Notes under the pieces: generated by a model
What the model saw: only the letters and a program-made list of their open reading frames with translations
What the model was told of the DNA's origin: nothing
Database searches by the model: none
Part shown: positions 37,513-51,179 of the stretch, piece after piece
How the letters are laid out: each line of letters starts with the position of its first letter
Numbering within the stretch: position 1 is the stretch's first letter
DNA from: Azolla caroliniana
Lineage: Eukaryota > Plantae > Polypodiophyta
Reading direction: 5' to 3'
Assembly (NCBI GenBank): GCA_043228905.1
Contig: JBHGNT010000009.1
Span: 8,246,001 to 8,310,000 of the forward strand
DNA: 64,000 bases
Program-made: the position numbers and the translations under genes

Positions 37513-40500
37513 ATGGTTTCTGATGAAGATTTAACGAAGAAAATCTCTGAATTGTTGGATAAGGCTGATTTAACCACCACAACTACCTCTCTCATCAGAA
37601 AACAGTTGGAACAAGCGTTTGGAATTGACTTAAATGACAGAAAATCTTTTGTGAGAGAAAAAGTGGACCTTTATCTACAGAGACATCATCAGAATGCGGA
37701 AGAAGAAGAAGCAAAAGAGAAAGGATGCAAAGAAGAAGAAGAAAATGAAGGAGCAAAAGCAGTTGTTAAGGAAGAAGCTGAAGTAGAACGTGAAGAAGAA
37801 GATGGTGATGAAGAAGGAAGAGAAGAAATGGAGTTGGAAGAAGAAGAAGAAGATAATGAGGATAATGATGATGATGATGATGATAATGAAAATGATGACG
37901 AAGAAGAAGATAGAATGAGCTTCATACCAGAGCGCGATTCTAGGCGTTTTCAGGCGAAGATAAACAGAGCAAAGAAAGAAAGGTAGAGAATTGGAAGCCT
38001 TCGGTTTTGGTACAAATTCTTTGTGTTTATACATTCAGTTTTAGTGAACAAGTTAGTTTGTTATATCTGTTTGCACTTTCGGCATGCTAGCTAATATGTT
38101 TGCATATGTTATTAGACATAAATTCAATCTTTTATTTGAAAACCAATCCAAACAAAGAACGGCAACAACATGTCAATTGCAATTAAGATCATTAATTAGT
38201 CGGGATTGGTGTTCTAATAATAGATTGGGTTAATTGTTAATGACATATGTAAACACATATATGAAAGAAACAAATGTAAAGAATCCAAACCCTTGGTTTG
38301 ATACAAAGTCAACATATTTACCATGGGATGTAGAATCTAGACCATTGGTTTCATGTTACTGAGTTTACTATGTGTGTATGCACACTAATTAGTCTAGCAA
38401 ATATATTTTGCACATTAGTTAATCTAGAAAAAGTGTTTGTACTTGTTTTATGCTCATTAATTAGTCTATTATATGCGTTTGCACATGTTTTTATGCACCT
38501 TCGTTTATCTGTTGTCTGTATTTGCTTTACATTATATTTTCATTAGAAGTGTATGTGTTTGCATTTGCAATTAAGCACAAATTCAGTCTTTGAAAATTAA
38601 CCCAAAGAAAAAAGGAAACTAAAAGACTACAATGTCCTGTGAGATCCAACAAAGGTTGTAGCTGTTTATGTTGATTTGTTAATGCAAATAAGCCAAATAA
38701 AATAAGGTAGAAAATCCAAACCTTTGATTTGGAACAAAGACTATCTGTAGTATAATCAGTTGCATAGAGTATGTTCAGTAATTATTCTATTATATGTGTT
38801 TGGACATATTATTAATATTTAGCATGTTTTTAACTTAACTCATTATTTGAAACGAATCCAAAGAAAGAAAGATAGGTAGCCTAAACCTTTGATTTTGAAA
38901 GAAATGCAACGTATCTACTCAAATCACTTTTATGAGAGTAGCTCAAATTAGTTTGGTCTATTATATGTGGTTATGTTTATGTGAATGGAATGCCTTGAAG
39001 GCAAGTGGGACCAAAACTTCATTCACCAAATCAATTCAACCTTCTCTGGGAAGATACACTTGGCATTTGTCAACAGTAATGAATACCTCATTGCATCCTT
39101 GATTTAGTCCAAAGATTCAAACACAGGTGTTTCATCTTCCCTTAACAGACAGCCTCTTGCCACTTATTGAGTGGCACAAACCCTCACAAATTTGACAATT
39201 CTGTTCGTATGTTGTGTGGGAGTGAGTTCTTCAATTATCCAAAGCATAACAACTTTGGTTTTCAGAGAACTCTAATGTAATCTTTCTTGGTTTCATATTT
39301 GAGAGACAATTTTCCCTTCCGTACAGATGGAAAATGGGCCTTCTAGAACAATGAGAGAAAGATTCTTACTCTTTATCCTACTCAGAATCTCAGAACTTGT
39401 GAAATATTCATCTTTTTCTTCTTCAGTCATGAGTTCTTGCTCATTCCAACCTTCATTTAGTCCAAAAACATTTAAACACAAGTGTTTCCACTTCCCTTGC
39501 AATTGGCTCAGTAAAGGGGCTACCTGCTAGCTGTCCACCTGGGTTCATGTCTTTTTAGTTATTTCTGAATGTGCAATGCTATACCAGTAGTTATATTTCA
39601 CTCTAGCTAGAAGATAAAATCTGAAATATGGGGTAGTTTGACGGAGCAAAGGGCAATGAGTCACTCCACTGAGGGAATTTTGTGTAGAGCTCAACAGCCA
39701 TCAGTGGATGGCTGCAGGACCTCTTATGAGCACAGGCTTCCCACGTCACTCAATCTTACAGTTCCTCATTGTTTGCATCCTGTCTCTTATTTTTTGGACC
39801 TCATTTCATTTGCGCTTTCAGTTTAATGTATTGATAACATGCACATATAACATCTTAGCCATGGTGGATAAGAAAGGTCATGAGGTTAGTTTATCTGTGT
39901 CTATGGGTGTTTATAATGAGCCCATCTTTATCAACTACGGTATCCATTAATGTAGTGTAGAAGTAGATGTTAAGTCAAGGAAGAGATGAGAGCCAGTAGG
40001 CTTAGTGTTTGCCCTGTGGAGGAAGCATCTTATTCATAACTTTGATGGCAATTTCTTTCTTTTGTACATTTCAATACCCAATCCCCTGTGGATTGTGTTT
40101 ATATTGGCCTCTCATCAAGTCCGTACAACCCCTACAAGCTCCCTCACTTCTATATGTTTTTTTGTGTTAAGACTTTATATCACATCTCACTGGGATGTAA
40201 GTTTGCTGGTCTCCTAGATCATTTCAGCCTTTTGGATCTCTTTCTAAGATCTAATTTGTAGCCATGGATCTTAGCTTATGCTTGCTATAAGTAAACCTTT
40301 TCTATATCTATACCTTCTGCATATATTACATGGTGCTTCACCACGCTTAATCATTCCACATTTTGCTAAGCCTTTATGGTGGTTGGGGAGTAACTTATGG
40401 TATTGAGAGTTGGCATAGTTTTTTAAAGTTTGTGACTTTATCGCTCATTGTTTCATTTCAAATTTTTGTGATGTTATATCTAAATGTAAAATAAAAAGGT

Positions 40501-42622
40501 ACTGCAATGGAAGACTGTAATAATTTAAAGGATGGTCCATTATCTTACAGTCATCAAGGGTCACTTATAGCAGGGAAAAGTATGTGGGAGTAAGTGTTAA
40601 TGATATATATTGCAGGACAAAATGTTCCTTTTCTTTATTATTCACAACCAGTTAGATAGGTATAACCTTGGATTTGCATTTGTAATATGCATGAATTTTG
40701 TTTTTGCCTTTTAAGGATGAGTTAACTACATATGATAATAATCTATGAGTCGCAACTTCTTGTGTAACCAATTTATGATGGTTTACAGCTTACAGAAGGA
40801 AAAAAAAAAGAGGGCTGGTGGAGGTGGTTTTACAAAACTATGTCGACTTTCTCCAGAGCTTCAAGCTTTAACAGGGCAAGAGGAATGGTCCAGAACCCAG
40901 GTATCTTTTTATTAAGATCTTTTATAATCAAATGAAGATTATTTCATAACGCACTAACATTTGTATCCCTGACATGGCTTTCATAACTGCTATATATATA
41001 TTATTTCCTTATGCTGTTGATTTTGAGATTACAATTGTGTAACTATGTGTTGGGATCATATGCATCAATTGATATACAGGTTGTCAAATTTATATGGGAA
41101 TATATTAGAAAAAATAACCTGCAAGACCCAGCAAATAGACGCAAAATTCTATGTGATAATGCATTGCGGTCAGTCTTTGCAACTGACTCAACGGACATGT
41201 TCAAAATGAACAAGTTGCTCACAAAACACATTTGGCCTCTTGATGGTACATGTACATATAAATAGCCTTTATGATTATTTTTGGTCAGAGGCAAATAAAT
41301 TTTTTCTAATGTAGTACTTTGTGAAGCAGATGATATAGAATCAAGGACAAAAAGATTGAAGGTGGAGAATGACATGACTCCTGAAGCTGAGAAAGGAAAA
41401 TCAAAAGGTGGTGGCTATAGCAGGCAATTGTTTCTTCTTATTGTAAATTATAAGAAGAGAAATAGCTGACATATGATCATGTAAAACAGAAAAGCAAAAA
41501 ATAGAGAAGGAAACACTTGAGAAGGAGGGAAAGAAAGGAAAGGGTGGTGGCTTTACAACTCCCCTTCCTCTTTCAAAAGCATTAGTAGAGTTTCTTGGTA
41601 CAGGAGAAAATGAGCTTCCAAGAACAGAGGTGGTCAAGCGATTGTGGGCTTACATTAAAGAAAATGAACTGCAGGTATGTTAACATGTGTGTGTGCAAAA
41701 CTCGCTGTTCATTTTATGTGTGCCTATAATATTAGAAACATTCAAATTTGTGCTGCATATGCAATTTTTTGTTATGTTAAATGAGTTAGAATTCTTAAAC
41801 GATATATTTTATCATTCCCTTCTTTCTTCTTTCATACCGGACAAACTACTTCGAAATTGGTTCACAGCTTTATGAATGTTTTGCATGGTTTCGACTTTAT
41901 CAGCTTCAGATAACCCTCTATTTTAGGCTTAGATGTAATTTGAACATATCTTTCATCCCATTGCCAATATTAGTTTGAGGCTATACTAGGCTTAGAATCT
42001 TTCTTGTTTACTATCAGTGAGTTGGGTTTACACCTTATATGCACTACTAATTTCAAGGTTCATACCTATATATATACATATATACAGAGGGAGAGAGGTA
42101 TGTCTTATCTGTAATTTTTCGTATGCTTCTCTTCCTTTTGATGGAACATTTCAGGAATTTAGAGACAACGGAAATGCTGACTTAGAGTCTGCTTTCTGAA
42201 GGCCCTACCTCTAGGCAGTTTTCATTTGAAGTAGCAATAGAGATTCTATTGCCATGCACTTCAAAGTAGAGAAGCCATATGGCTTTTTTTTTATTGAGAA
42301 TCAACTGGAGATTTTTATTTCTCCACTTTTATGTCAATGTTTGTGCATAATGAAAATTGATCATTAGCCTGTGTACACGCTTCTCTCTAACTTATGTCCT
42401 ATGAATTGTAATCTGTTTTTCTATTTATTTTTCCTATTTTCCCGTTTCCACTATTTGACATCTTTATCTTTGACCTCTTGAATGATGTGTGATTTGTGAC
42501 AGGATCCAGCTGACAAAAGGCAGATAAAGTGTGACAAAAAACTTCAGGATCTTTTTGGATGTGATACTTTCATCGGATTTACAATGACCAAACATTTGAC
42601 TGCTCATATTTTAAAGAGTTAG
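37513..42622 (+). CDS. DEK_C + two SWIB/MDM2 domain protein (UAF30/Spp27/TRI1-like). Exons 37513-37982, 40789-40900, 41080-41245, 41327(or 41330)-41407, 41490-41674, 42503-42622
   Basis: DEK_C (ISELLDKADLTTTTTSLIRKQLEQAFGIDL) and an acidic tract. SWIB1: GGFTKLCRLSPEL..SRTQVVKFIWEYIRKNNLQDP..MFKMNKLL. SWIB2: GGFTTPLPLS..PRTEVVKRLWAYIKENELQDP. GT-AG introns have compatible phases; the exon 4 donor is least certain. Confidence 0.92.
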
Positions 42623-45085
42623 TTTAGTTGGCTAGATGAAGTTCTTTGTAGATAATCTTCTTCACTGGAGGTTTCTCACTATATCCTTTTCTCTGCTATG
42701 GGGTCACAACCATCCTTTTGCCGTTCTGCGTGCCCTTCACAAGTATGATTCCCTTTAATAAAAAAGGGATCTGAAGGTTTTTTACATTGTTTTTCAAATC
42801 TCGTAGATGAGAGGTGCTCATTCAAATCAAATTTTTCCGAGGAAAATTGTGTGCATTTTTTTCCGGTAAGTTATTCTACTTTACGAGTTGTGACTCACTG
42901 ACTCTGTTCATGGCGATGTTTAAAAGCTGACATAATCCTGAGTATGAGAGAAGACGAGCATTTTCAAGGGGAGAGAGCAAGTGAAATATGTTCAAAGATT
43001 GGTTTCTAGCTTGCCATGCCCATATTGATTATCAATAGATACAGTTCAGATTATTCAAATATTTGTATGTAATGTGGCACTACATTTCTTGCACTCAGGT
43101 TTCTATTACAACTTCTAACATCCGGAAACAAAATTCACAGGTTCTTATTTATATTGTTTTGTCTTATAGCGCTTCTCCTTGTTTCTATTGTTTTGCGTAA
43201 CATTTTCTTGTCGTCTCAATCATGGGTGAAATGGCTGGACTGGATGAGGATACATCTGAAGAGAAGAAGAGATTATCTATTCCCTGAATTGCTGACTGAA
43301 GAAAATTATCAACGAAGTATTCAACCCTTGTGCTAATTTGCATTCCTGTTAAACATGTGAAACATATGATTTTTGTGAAAGATAGCTAAAAATGGTATAT
43401 GCAAGAGGCAATATTCTTAGAGGTATTTACGTGCATATCTCAATCAACACATCATAGTTCTCTCTCCTTATCTCTCAATGAAAGTAATGGTGGCATATTG
43501 TAGAGTGAAAGCATACCTCTATTTGGTATGTGGGTAGGATATGGTAAAATTGTCCTTCATTTGATATAGATGACTCCCAAACTATAAAGATTTTGTCATG
43601 TTATGGAGAAAGGCTATGCTCTAATGGAAAAGAGATGATGATGAGTGGGACATATTTATTGCTTAGCATTGAACATACTAGACTGGCCCAAAATATGCAA
43701 CTCTCTATTGACAAGGTTGTGGTTGCTTTAAGACTTCCAACCCCTTGCTTACAAATTATGAGTTTGAAATTGTAGCTACATTTCAATCAAATCATGGTAT
43801 TCCAACATTAAATGAGTGTGTTATCTTTTGCATTGCTTGCTATGAATGCACAAAGAATAGCCAAATTTTCCTGATATGCCTCTTTATAGAATCCCAAACC
43901 AAGAAGAGAATTCTTTGATTCTTGCCCTCTCGTCAACATTAGACCATCTTTTAAGGGAGACAGTTGTTCCCCTTGTTTCATTTAACAATCTTTGTTGAAT
44001 ATTTTTGGATGAATAGATTTGTTGCAAGAATTATATTTTTGTGCATGAAAACACCATTTGTACTACCAAGGTCTCATGATCGAGAATTGCATATTGAGAA
44101 ACTCTTTGTAGAAGACTTACATGAATTTTATAGCCCTTTTTAGGACTTTAGTATCCTCATTGACGCACTTAGCTTTTGGTTTGATGTAATAGAATAGTTT
44201 GGATTAGTGGTTGGATCCATGCCATCATTGTTGTTTTTATTGATTTTTATTTTGTCTTTATTTTGTAAAATGGAGAAAGTACATGAGGAACAGTTACATT
44301 ATGCATCAACATCAATCAAATTTGCAGCAAAAGTATGCATATATGAATTTTGGCTGCATTTATTTTTATTTGCTTTGGTTTTTATCAAGTATAAAGTGAT
44401 GAATGTCTTGCTTGGAGTTGTTAAAATTAAACAATTGGGTGAATTTATATGTTAGAAAACCTTGAAAGTGTTGAAAACATTGGTACTGGTCCAAAATGTA
44501 CCAATATCTAGCTTTTGCTTTGGCAAACATGAGTAATGTTTCCTTAGTTATAACTTATTATAAGATTGAGCAAGTCATTCATAAAAATAACCAACACTTT
44601 TCAAAACTCCTTAAAAAGGAGCCTTAGTCTATCCATGGACCAATTTGATAAAGGTGTTACATTGTATCACATTGGCTAATTATTTAATTTCTACGATTCT
44701 AATGTTCCAGTACAATATAACATAATACATGCAGCATGATTTATTATCTAATGTAGGTAATGATGTTTGTTGAGTTTACATTATGTGCACACACTAGGGC
44801 AAGTTTGTAACAAATACAAAGCATTTGTCACACATAAACACCCAAGTCTTAAAGGTGTTGTTTATGCATATTGTTGTCTGAAGAATGAGATAGCGTGTTC
44901 AAATTTTGAATTATATTGAAGAGTTTGGAATAACATTAGGCTTTTCACATGGAATATACTTTATCCATATCCTCCTATGCCTAGGTCAAGTAAGATGTAT
45001 GTGGAATAACAGTCATTAAATGTTGAAAAAATATGGCATCATATGGATTGTAGTTGATCCACATCATCAACGAATAGTTAATTCT

Positions 45086-48000
45086 TGTTAATAATTGTGC
45101 AAGGGTGCACATGTGTGAGGAGAATATCGGTACAAAGGTGTAAGTTCTATATTAAATGAGCATGTGAGTGGAGGATCTACAATGTATCCCACTCAAGTAC
45201 AAAATCCTATTTAAGGCTTTAAGGTCAACACACTAACTAGATTCTATCTAGGTAACTACTAAGTTACGTGGTTGACTAACTAACTAAATCTAGCTGAGCT
45301 TGATATCTTAACATGCCCCCTCAAGCTGTGAGGCGTCCGACATCCGGTTTGGGTTTGGGTTTCGTTGGCTTCCATCTGACCTTCGGCTTTCTTCGGCCTT
45401 TCTGAGGCAGTTTCCGTTCCCCCCCCTCAAGCCGATGACGAAGGCTTGTTGTATGAAGTGGGCGAAGGTCGATTGCTTCCACCCATCGTGGGTCACGAGC
45501 CACTTCTATAGAGCTCTCGGGCTCTTGTTCGGCCGCTATTGTCATCGCGAAGGCACAATGCTGGGCCATATACTCATTGTAGCTAAGCTGAGTGACGGAG
45601 TTCTTTCCTCTAGTTGGGCGTCAAAGTTTTTCACTTGCCAATGTGAGCGCCTTCTTTACTTCGGGTGTCCGCATGATGGGTACACCAAAATCACTGTCTA
45701 GTGAGGAAGCTCTTGTTCGGCCGCTACCTTCATCGCGAAGGCTTATGATGGACAAGTATCCTACGAGGATACATTTCCCCGACTTCGCATCGTGCTTCTG
45801 TCGGTCTCGTTTGGGATGCGTACATTCACAATGCTTTTGGACACCTTGAGGTGCGATAGGATTGGCTCCTTCCGACAAGGAGCTCGTATGGAGTTAGATC
45901 ATGTACTCCATTAGTGGTGTATCGATTCGCGAGATAGATGGCCGTCAATGCCGCTTCGGCCCAATAGAAGTTCGACATGTGCTTCTCATGCATCATGGCG
46001 CGTGCTACCTCGAGTATGTACCAATTCCTCCTTTAGGGTGTGCGTTGACATGAGAATTTTGTCTGAATGTCTTCACCTTGGAGGTAGGAGATGATTTCGT
46101 CGGAGAAGTACTCCTTGCCTCCATTCGATCATAGGCATCGAATGTGTCGACCGGTTTCTTTTTCGACTTGGCTATTGGCACTTCGCTCTTCTTTTTCATC
46201 GGGAAGATCCACGTGTAGCAGGAGTAGTTGTCGATGAAGGTGACGTAGTATCGGCATCTGCCGATCGTCGACATTTGAGCCGGTCCCCATACATCCGAAT
46301 GTATGACGTCGAGGAGGCCTTTTGCTTACGTAGCTCTCCTTCGGGAATGAGAGTCGATGTTGTTTGCCGAGTTGACATGATTTGCACACTCGGTCAACTC
46401 ATTTCGAATCGAATGTGTCACGACACGGTGACATGCAATACATAGTTCGTGAGGATTGAACCTACAACCTCACATCAATAAGATGTCATGCTCAAACATT
46501 TTGATATGAGCATGCATTTGTATATAATGGTTTAGTATTCTATAGTATCGCATATAATACATTTCAGAATCAGAATATTCTAGTCGTTACTATATTCTAG
46601 AAATATCGTACGGTATATTTCACACGGGTATATTCTAGAGATATTTCTCAAGTATATTTTAGAGATGTTCAATCGCGGAACGTGTATAATTACTTGTAAC
46701 CTCCTTGGTCCCTTTCAAGGGATTCACTACCATTCATTGACACATCAATCTAGTATTCTCGTTTCATTCCATCTTGTCTCCTTCTTCATCTTTGTCTTCA
46801 TGCTCTCATGTCGCTCACAACTTCTAGAGTTCCTAACCTCGTCACTTCTACCTCCAAGTTTGTAGCCCGTCACTCATAGCCCCATCATCCATGCTCTGTC
46901 CCAGTCCACACTTGGTGTGTCTGTGACATAATGCCAGAAGTTCGATGACCACTCCCTTTGATTGCATCGCTCAGAGCCATTGGGGGTTGATGGTGCCGAT
47001 TCTCTTGTGCTACAACTCGATGCTTGTCTCGGTTTTGAGACCTTTATCATACATGGCCGATTTCACCTCCTTCGAATCGAGAATGAACATTCGACCATCT
47101 CTTTGTCCTTTAGCTATGAGTCGGCCATCGTTCTCGAGGAAGCATCCTTCGTTGTTGAAACGAACTTGCATGCCTTGCTCCATGATTTGGCTGACCGAGA
47201 CCAAATTCTTTGTTATTGTGGGCACGCACAAGACATTCTTGATGTAATTGTTTTGGTCGTCATTGTCGAATGGAATGTTGCCGATGTGCCGAATGGGATG
47301 TGTGGTGTTGTCTCCGGTCTCTATGTAGCTAGGTCGATCCGGCGTTCTTAGGTCACGAAACCACTCTTGGTGTGACGTCATATGATGTGATGCACCGGAG
47401 TCGATGAACCACACGTCTTCCGAGTTGGAGGTGCTTATGGAGTCGGAGGCCGACATAGAGTTCGCTCTATATCTCATTACGAATAGCCCACCATCGTCAT
47501 TGTATTTAGAATAGGTGGTGTAATTTGTGAGTTGTCGGCTTGTCGAAGCCGACTCACATCTCTTCTTTTGGCATTCCTCATCGCGATGGCCGATTTTGCC
47601 GCAATAGTTGCAAGTTGCAGGCCTCGTTTGCCGACCTCGTTTGGCATGGAAGCTCCCCCTTCTTCCGAAGGTTCCTCGATGGCTTCCATCTTGTTGTCGA
47701 AGGTTTGAGTTCCCTTCGTGAGATGGTCGCATCGACCTCTTCTACCTCCGCGACCTCGTCCTCGGCCACCATCCGAATTCGAGAAGAACATTTGTCCTTC
47801 CAACATCTTTGTCTTGGTTCGAATGTGGTTCTCTTCGACCAATAACATTGATTGGAGGTCGAAGAATGAAGGAGGATTTTCTCTCGCTAAGATAGTCGTC
47901 CTTATCGGGTCGAACCAATGTGCGAGGTCGTCCAAGCATACTTGAACCATCTCGTCTTCGTTGACGTTTACGTTGATTGAGCGAAGCAAGTTGCAAATGT

Positions 48001-49020
48001 TGTTGGTCTTGGGGGTGCAGTCCGACACAAGCATATCTTTTTGTTGTATGTTTTTCAACTCTTGCTGCAGTTGAAGCTTGCGGGCGGTCGTGTTGGCGAC
48101 GAAAATTTTGTTTAAGTTTGCCCACGCTTCTTTAGGCGTCTTGGTGTCTTGAATGTGAGTAAGCATGTGGTTGTGGACACATGTTGCCAAGCAATACATT
48201 ACTTGACTCGCTCCTTGGTCCCACGTTGGGTAGTTTGCATTTGTGATGTCGGGTTTGTTTTCGAGTGCACTAGTGATGTAGCTCTAATACCCTTGGCCGA
48301 CTAGGTATTGGTTCATCTTGTATTCCCAAGATGAATAATTGCTCTGGTCTAGTTTTTCATTAGGGAATGAGCTACCCATTTGTGTGTTCATGTTTATTAG
48401 TATCTTCTCTCCTTCTTCTTTTTTCTTCCGTTGGCCACATACCCGTGCTACGTAATGGCACTATGGTAGCGGATAGCCGAATTTGTTGTCGGCGTCTCGA
48501 ACACACAATCACGGAGTCGGGTGGGCTTAGTGGATGTACGAAACCACACACTCTGATACCATGTTAATAATTAGGTAATTATCTAGGGTTAATTAGTGAC
48601 TAATTATGTGAGTAGTTAAGAAACAAAAGATTATGTGATTTGTGTATGTATGTGTGTGAGAGGAAGAGAGAGAGGAAGATACACTTATGAACAATAATAT
48701 AAAATGTGGGATGATTAACAAAAGTGTAGCTAAAGACCTTTCCTCTATATTAATAAGCATCAAAATACAACGATATCCTCAATGAGGTATATATACATCT
48801 CATGTGCAAGGATGCACATGTGTGAGAAGAATATAGGTACAAAGGTGTAAGTCCTATATTAAATGAGCATGTGAGTGGAGGATCTAGAATGTATCCCACT
48901 CTAGTACAAAATCCTATTTAAGGTTTTAAGGTCAACACACTAACTAGATTCTATCTAGGTAACTACTAAGTTACGTGGTTGACTAACTAACTAAATCTAG
49001 CTGAGCTTGATACCTCAACA
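45086..49020 (-). mobile_element. Internally deleted Ty1/Copia element (gag-PR-INT; RT/RH almost entirely lost)
   Basis: TSD ATTCT on both sides. LTRs 48562-49020 and 45086-45313 (the latter internally deleted). PBS TGGTATCAGAG at 48551-48561, PPT GAGGGGGCA. CNYCGKIGH, WFIDSGAS and YYVTFIDNYS. Confidence 0.9.
46416..46928 (+). mobile_element. Solo LTR inserted in the Copia GAG-pre-integrase region
   Basis: TGTCAC...GTGACA termini, TSD GAATG/TAATG, CT-rich 3' half. Confidence 0.8.
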
Positions 49021-49153
49021 ATTCTAATGTCATATGTTTCTCTAAAGTAGTTTACCAAGGGGTAGTTACTATGGAAAAAGCTATCAAATTGAGCTAAGTG
49101 AATCAAATAATTAGGAATATGCGTTTACATTTTTCCTTGCATTATACTAAATT

Positions 49154-49705
49154 GTCTTGTTGCATGTCCAAAATGCAATAATTTGAATATATTTGGCATA
49201 ATCTATAGATTAAAATTCACGAGGCATTGTCATGCTTAGCCAATTCCCTTGCTAGACTCCTCAATTATCTTTTGCATTTGTCTTCCAAAAATGTACTGTG
49301 TCATTACAAGATCATATTTGAAGGCACTCTGAAACAAGTCTTGTTGCATGTCCAAAATGCAATAATTTGAATATATTTGGCATAATCTATAGATTAAAAT
49401 TCACGAGGCATTGTCATGCTTAGCCAATTCCCTTGCTAGACTCCTCAATTCTCTTTTGCATTTGTCTTCCAAAAATGTACTGTGTCATTACAAGATCATA
49501 TTTGAAGGCACTCTGAAACAAGTCTTGTTGCATGTCCAAAATGCAATAATTTGAATATATTTGGCATAATCTATAGATTAAAATTCACGAGGCATTGTCA
49601 TGCTTAGCCAATTCCCTTGCTAGACTCCTCAATTTTCTTTTGCATTTGTCTTCCAAAAATGTACTGTGTCATTACAAGATCATATTTGAAGGCACTCTGA
49701 AACAA
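49154..49705. repeat. Three near-identical tandem copies of a 184-bp unit
   Basis: GTCTTGTTGCATGTCCAAAATGC starts at 49154, 49338 and 49522. The array runs into a Copia RT scrap (KWVYK..KYKARIVVKGF..GVDFDEIFAP, ~49703-49835). Confidence 0.95.
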
Positions 49706-49899
49706 GTGGGTATACAAACTGACGCTAGGAGAAGGTGGGAATCCACCCAAATACAAAGCCCGAATCGTGGTGAAGGGCTTCCGGTAGAAAAAGGGTGTGG
49801 ATTTTGACGAAATATTTGCCCCGATAGTGAAGATGATGATCTAATGTGTCCTCATTTTCAAAATGAAGTAACAAGTCAACTACATTACTGGATGGAATC

Positions 49900-51100
49900 C
49901 ACAACATTATTTGATCAAATACAATAAAAAATGAGTTGGTGCTTCAAATTTGTGGGGTTGTAAGTTTGAACGTTACATTACAATATCGTATAAGAGAATG
50001 ATGTGCCATGATCACTTAATGCACCCTCAATTTCAAAAGTAAAATGATAGGTCTCCTAGAGAGTTAGTATGGAGATGCATCATTAATTTCTTGAAAATCT
50101 TATTTCCACAACACTATTTGATGGGAAGGTTCAAGCTTCTCATGCACTAAAGAGTATTGACATCTTCAATCCATACAAGTTGTTCAGGTTGACAAAGGGG
50201 TTTCCCCAAATAGAAATCTTGAGTGAATCCCTCCTTAGTGGTGGGTCATTAGAGGACAATGATAAAACTTGTTTCGTTGATTAGTTTGAGAGTTGTCATT
50301 TCTAACACACGAGATTTGATAGATTCTCGAAATACTCTCTTTATGAGAGTTTCGGTGAAGCTATTGTTGCATCTCCCAATACAGAAATCCCTTTTTTATT
50401 CTTGGAATGAAATTGCTTCTAACACAGTCCCATACAAGTGAGTTACAACGTTCTAGAAGCTTTGGTGAATTCACTTCATTAGAGATATATTTCAAAGTAC
50501 TTTTTTTAATTTCTTTTTTCGAACCCCTCCCATGACTCAAGTGCTCTCCTTGTGAGAGTTCAAGTGACATGCATTTCTAAGCTTGATATGAGAGCAAAAA
50601 CTAAGTCTAAGACGAAACATTTGGCCCTTAAAACAATGGCAATATTGTGTTCAAAATTGCCAAGACCTTGATGTTGATTTAGGTCAAACATGATCATTTC
50701 CACTCTTATGTACACTTTGGGGTGTGGTGTAGTCTTTAACAAAGAAGACACTCTTGAAACATGGTTTTATTATGTCTAGTATTCAAGGTAAACCTCTTGG
50801 TGTATGGTTGGATCGTGAGGGATGGGTCGTCTCTAGACAAGTGACCATCACTGACGAGCTCACAACTTAGAGGCTTCCACAATATGAGTTGATGTTTGGA
50901 GGTCCCTTAGATAAACCATTAGACTATAGATAATATATGCATCCATAAGAAATGAAAGACCCTAGATTAAAAAGGCAAAGATTTCTACAACCAAGATATG
51001 TATCATATTCACTAAACAAGCCTCACTATAATGATATCTCAATTTATTAAACTGTAAAATATTGAAGAGAGTGCAGTTATTGGTAGAACATTTAGTTGAC
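49900..51100 (-). pseudogene. Possible highly degraded LINE RT remnant
   Basis: Only faint motif traces; no intact ORF. Confidence 0.2.
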
Positions 51101-51179
51101 TTCTTGAAACCAATCCCTCACCTTGAGAGAGGGAGAGATTATATTATCATTTTCAGATGTTAGACATGATCTATGAGAC

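Noticed and set aside
38000-40780. Short ORFs in intron 1 of the SWIB gene
   Set aside because: No motifs or clear splice support. Exons 1 and 2 join in phase without them.
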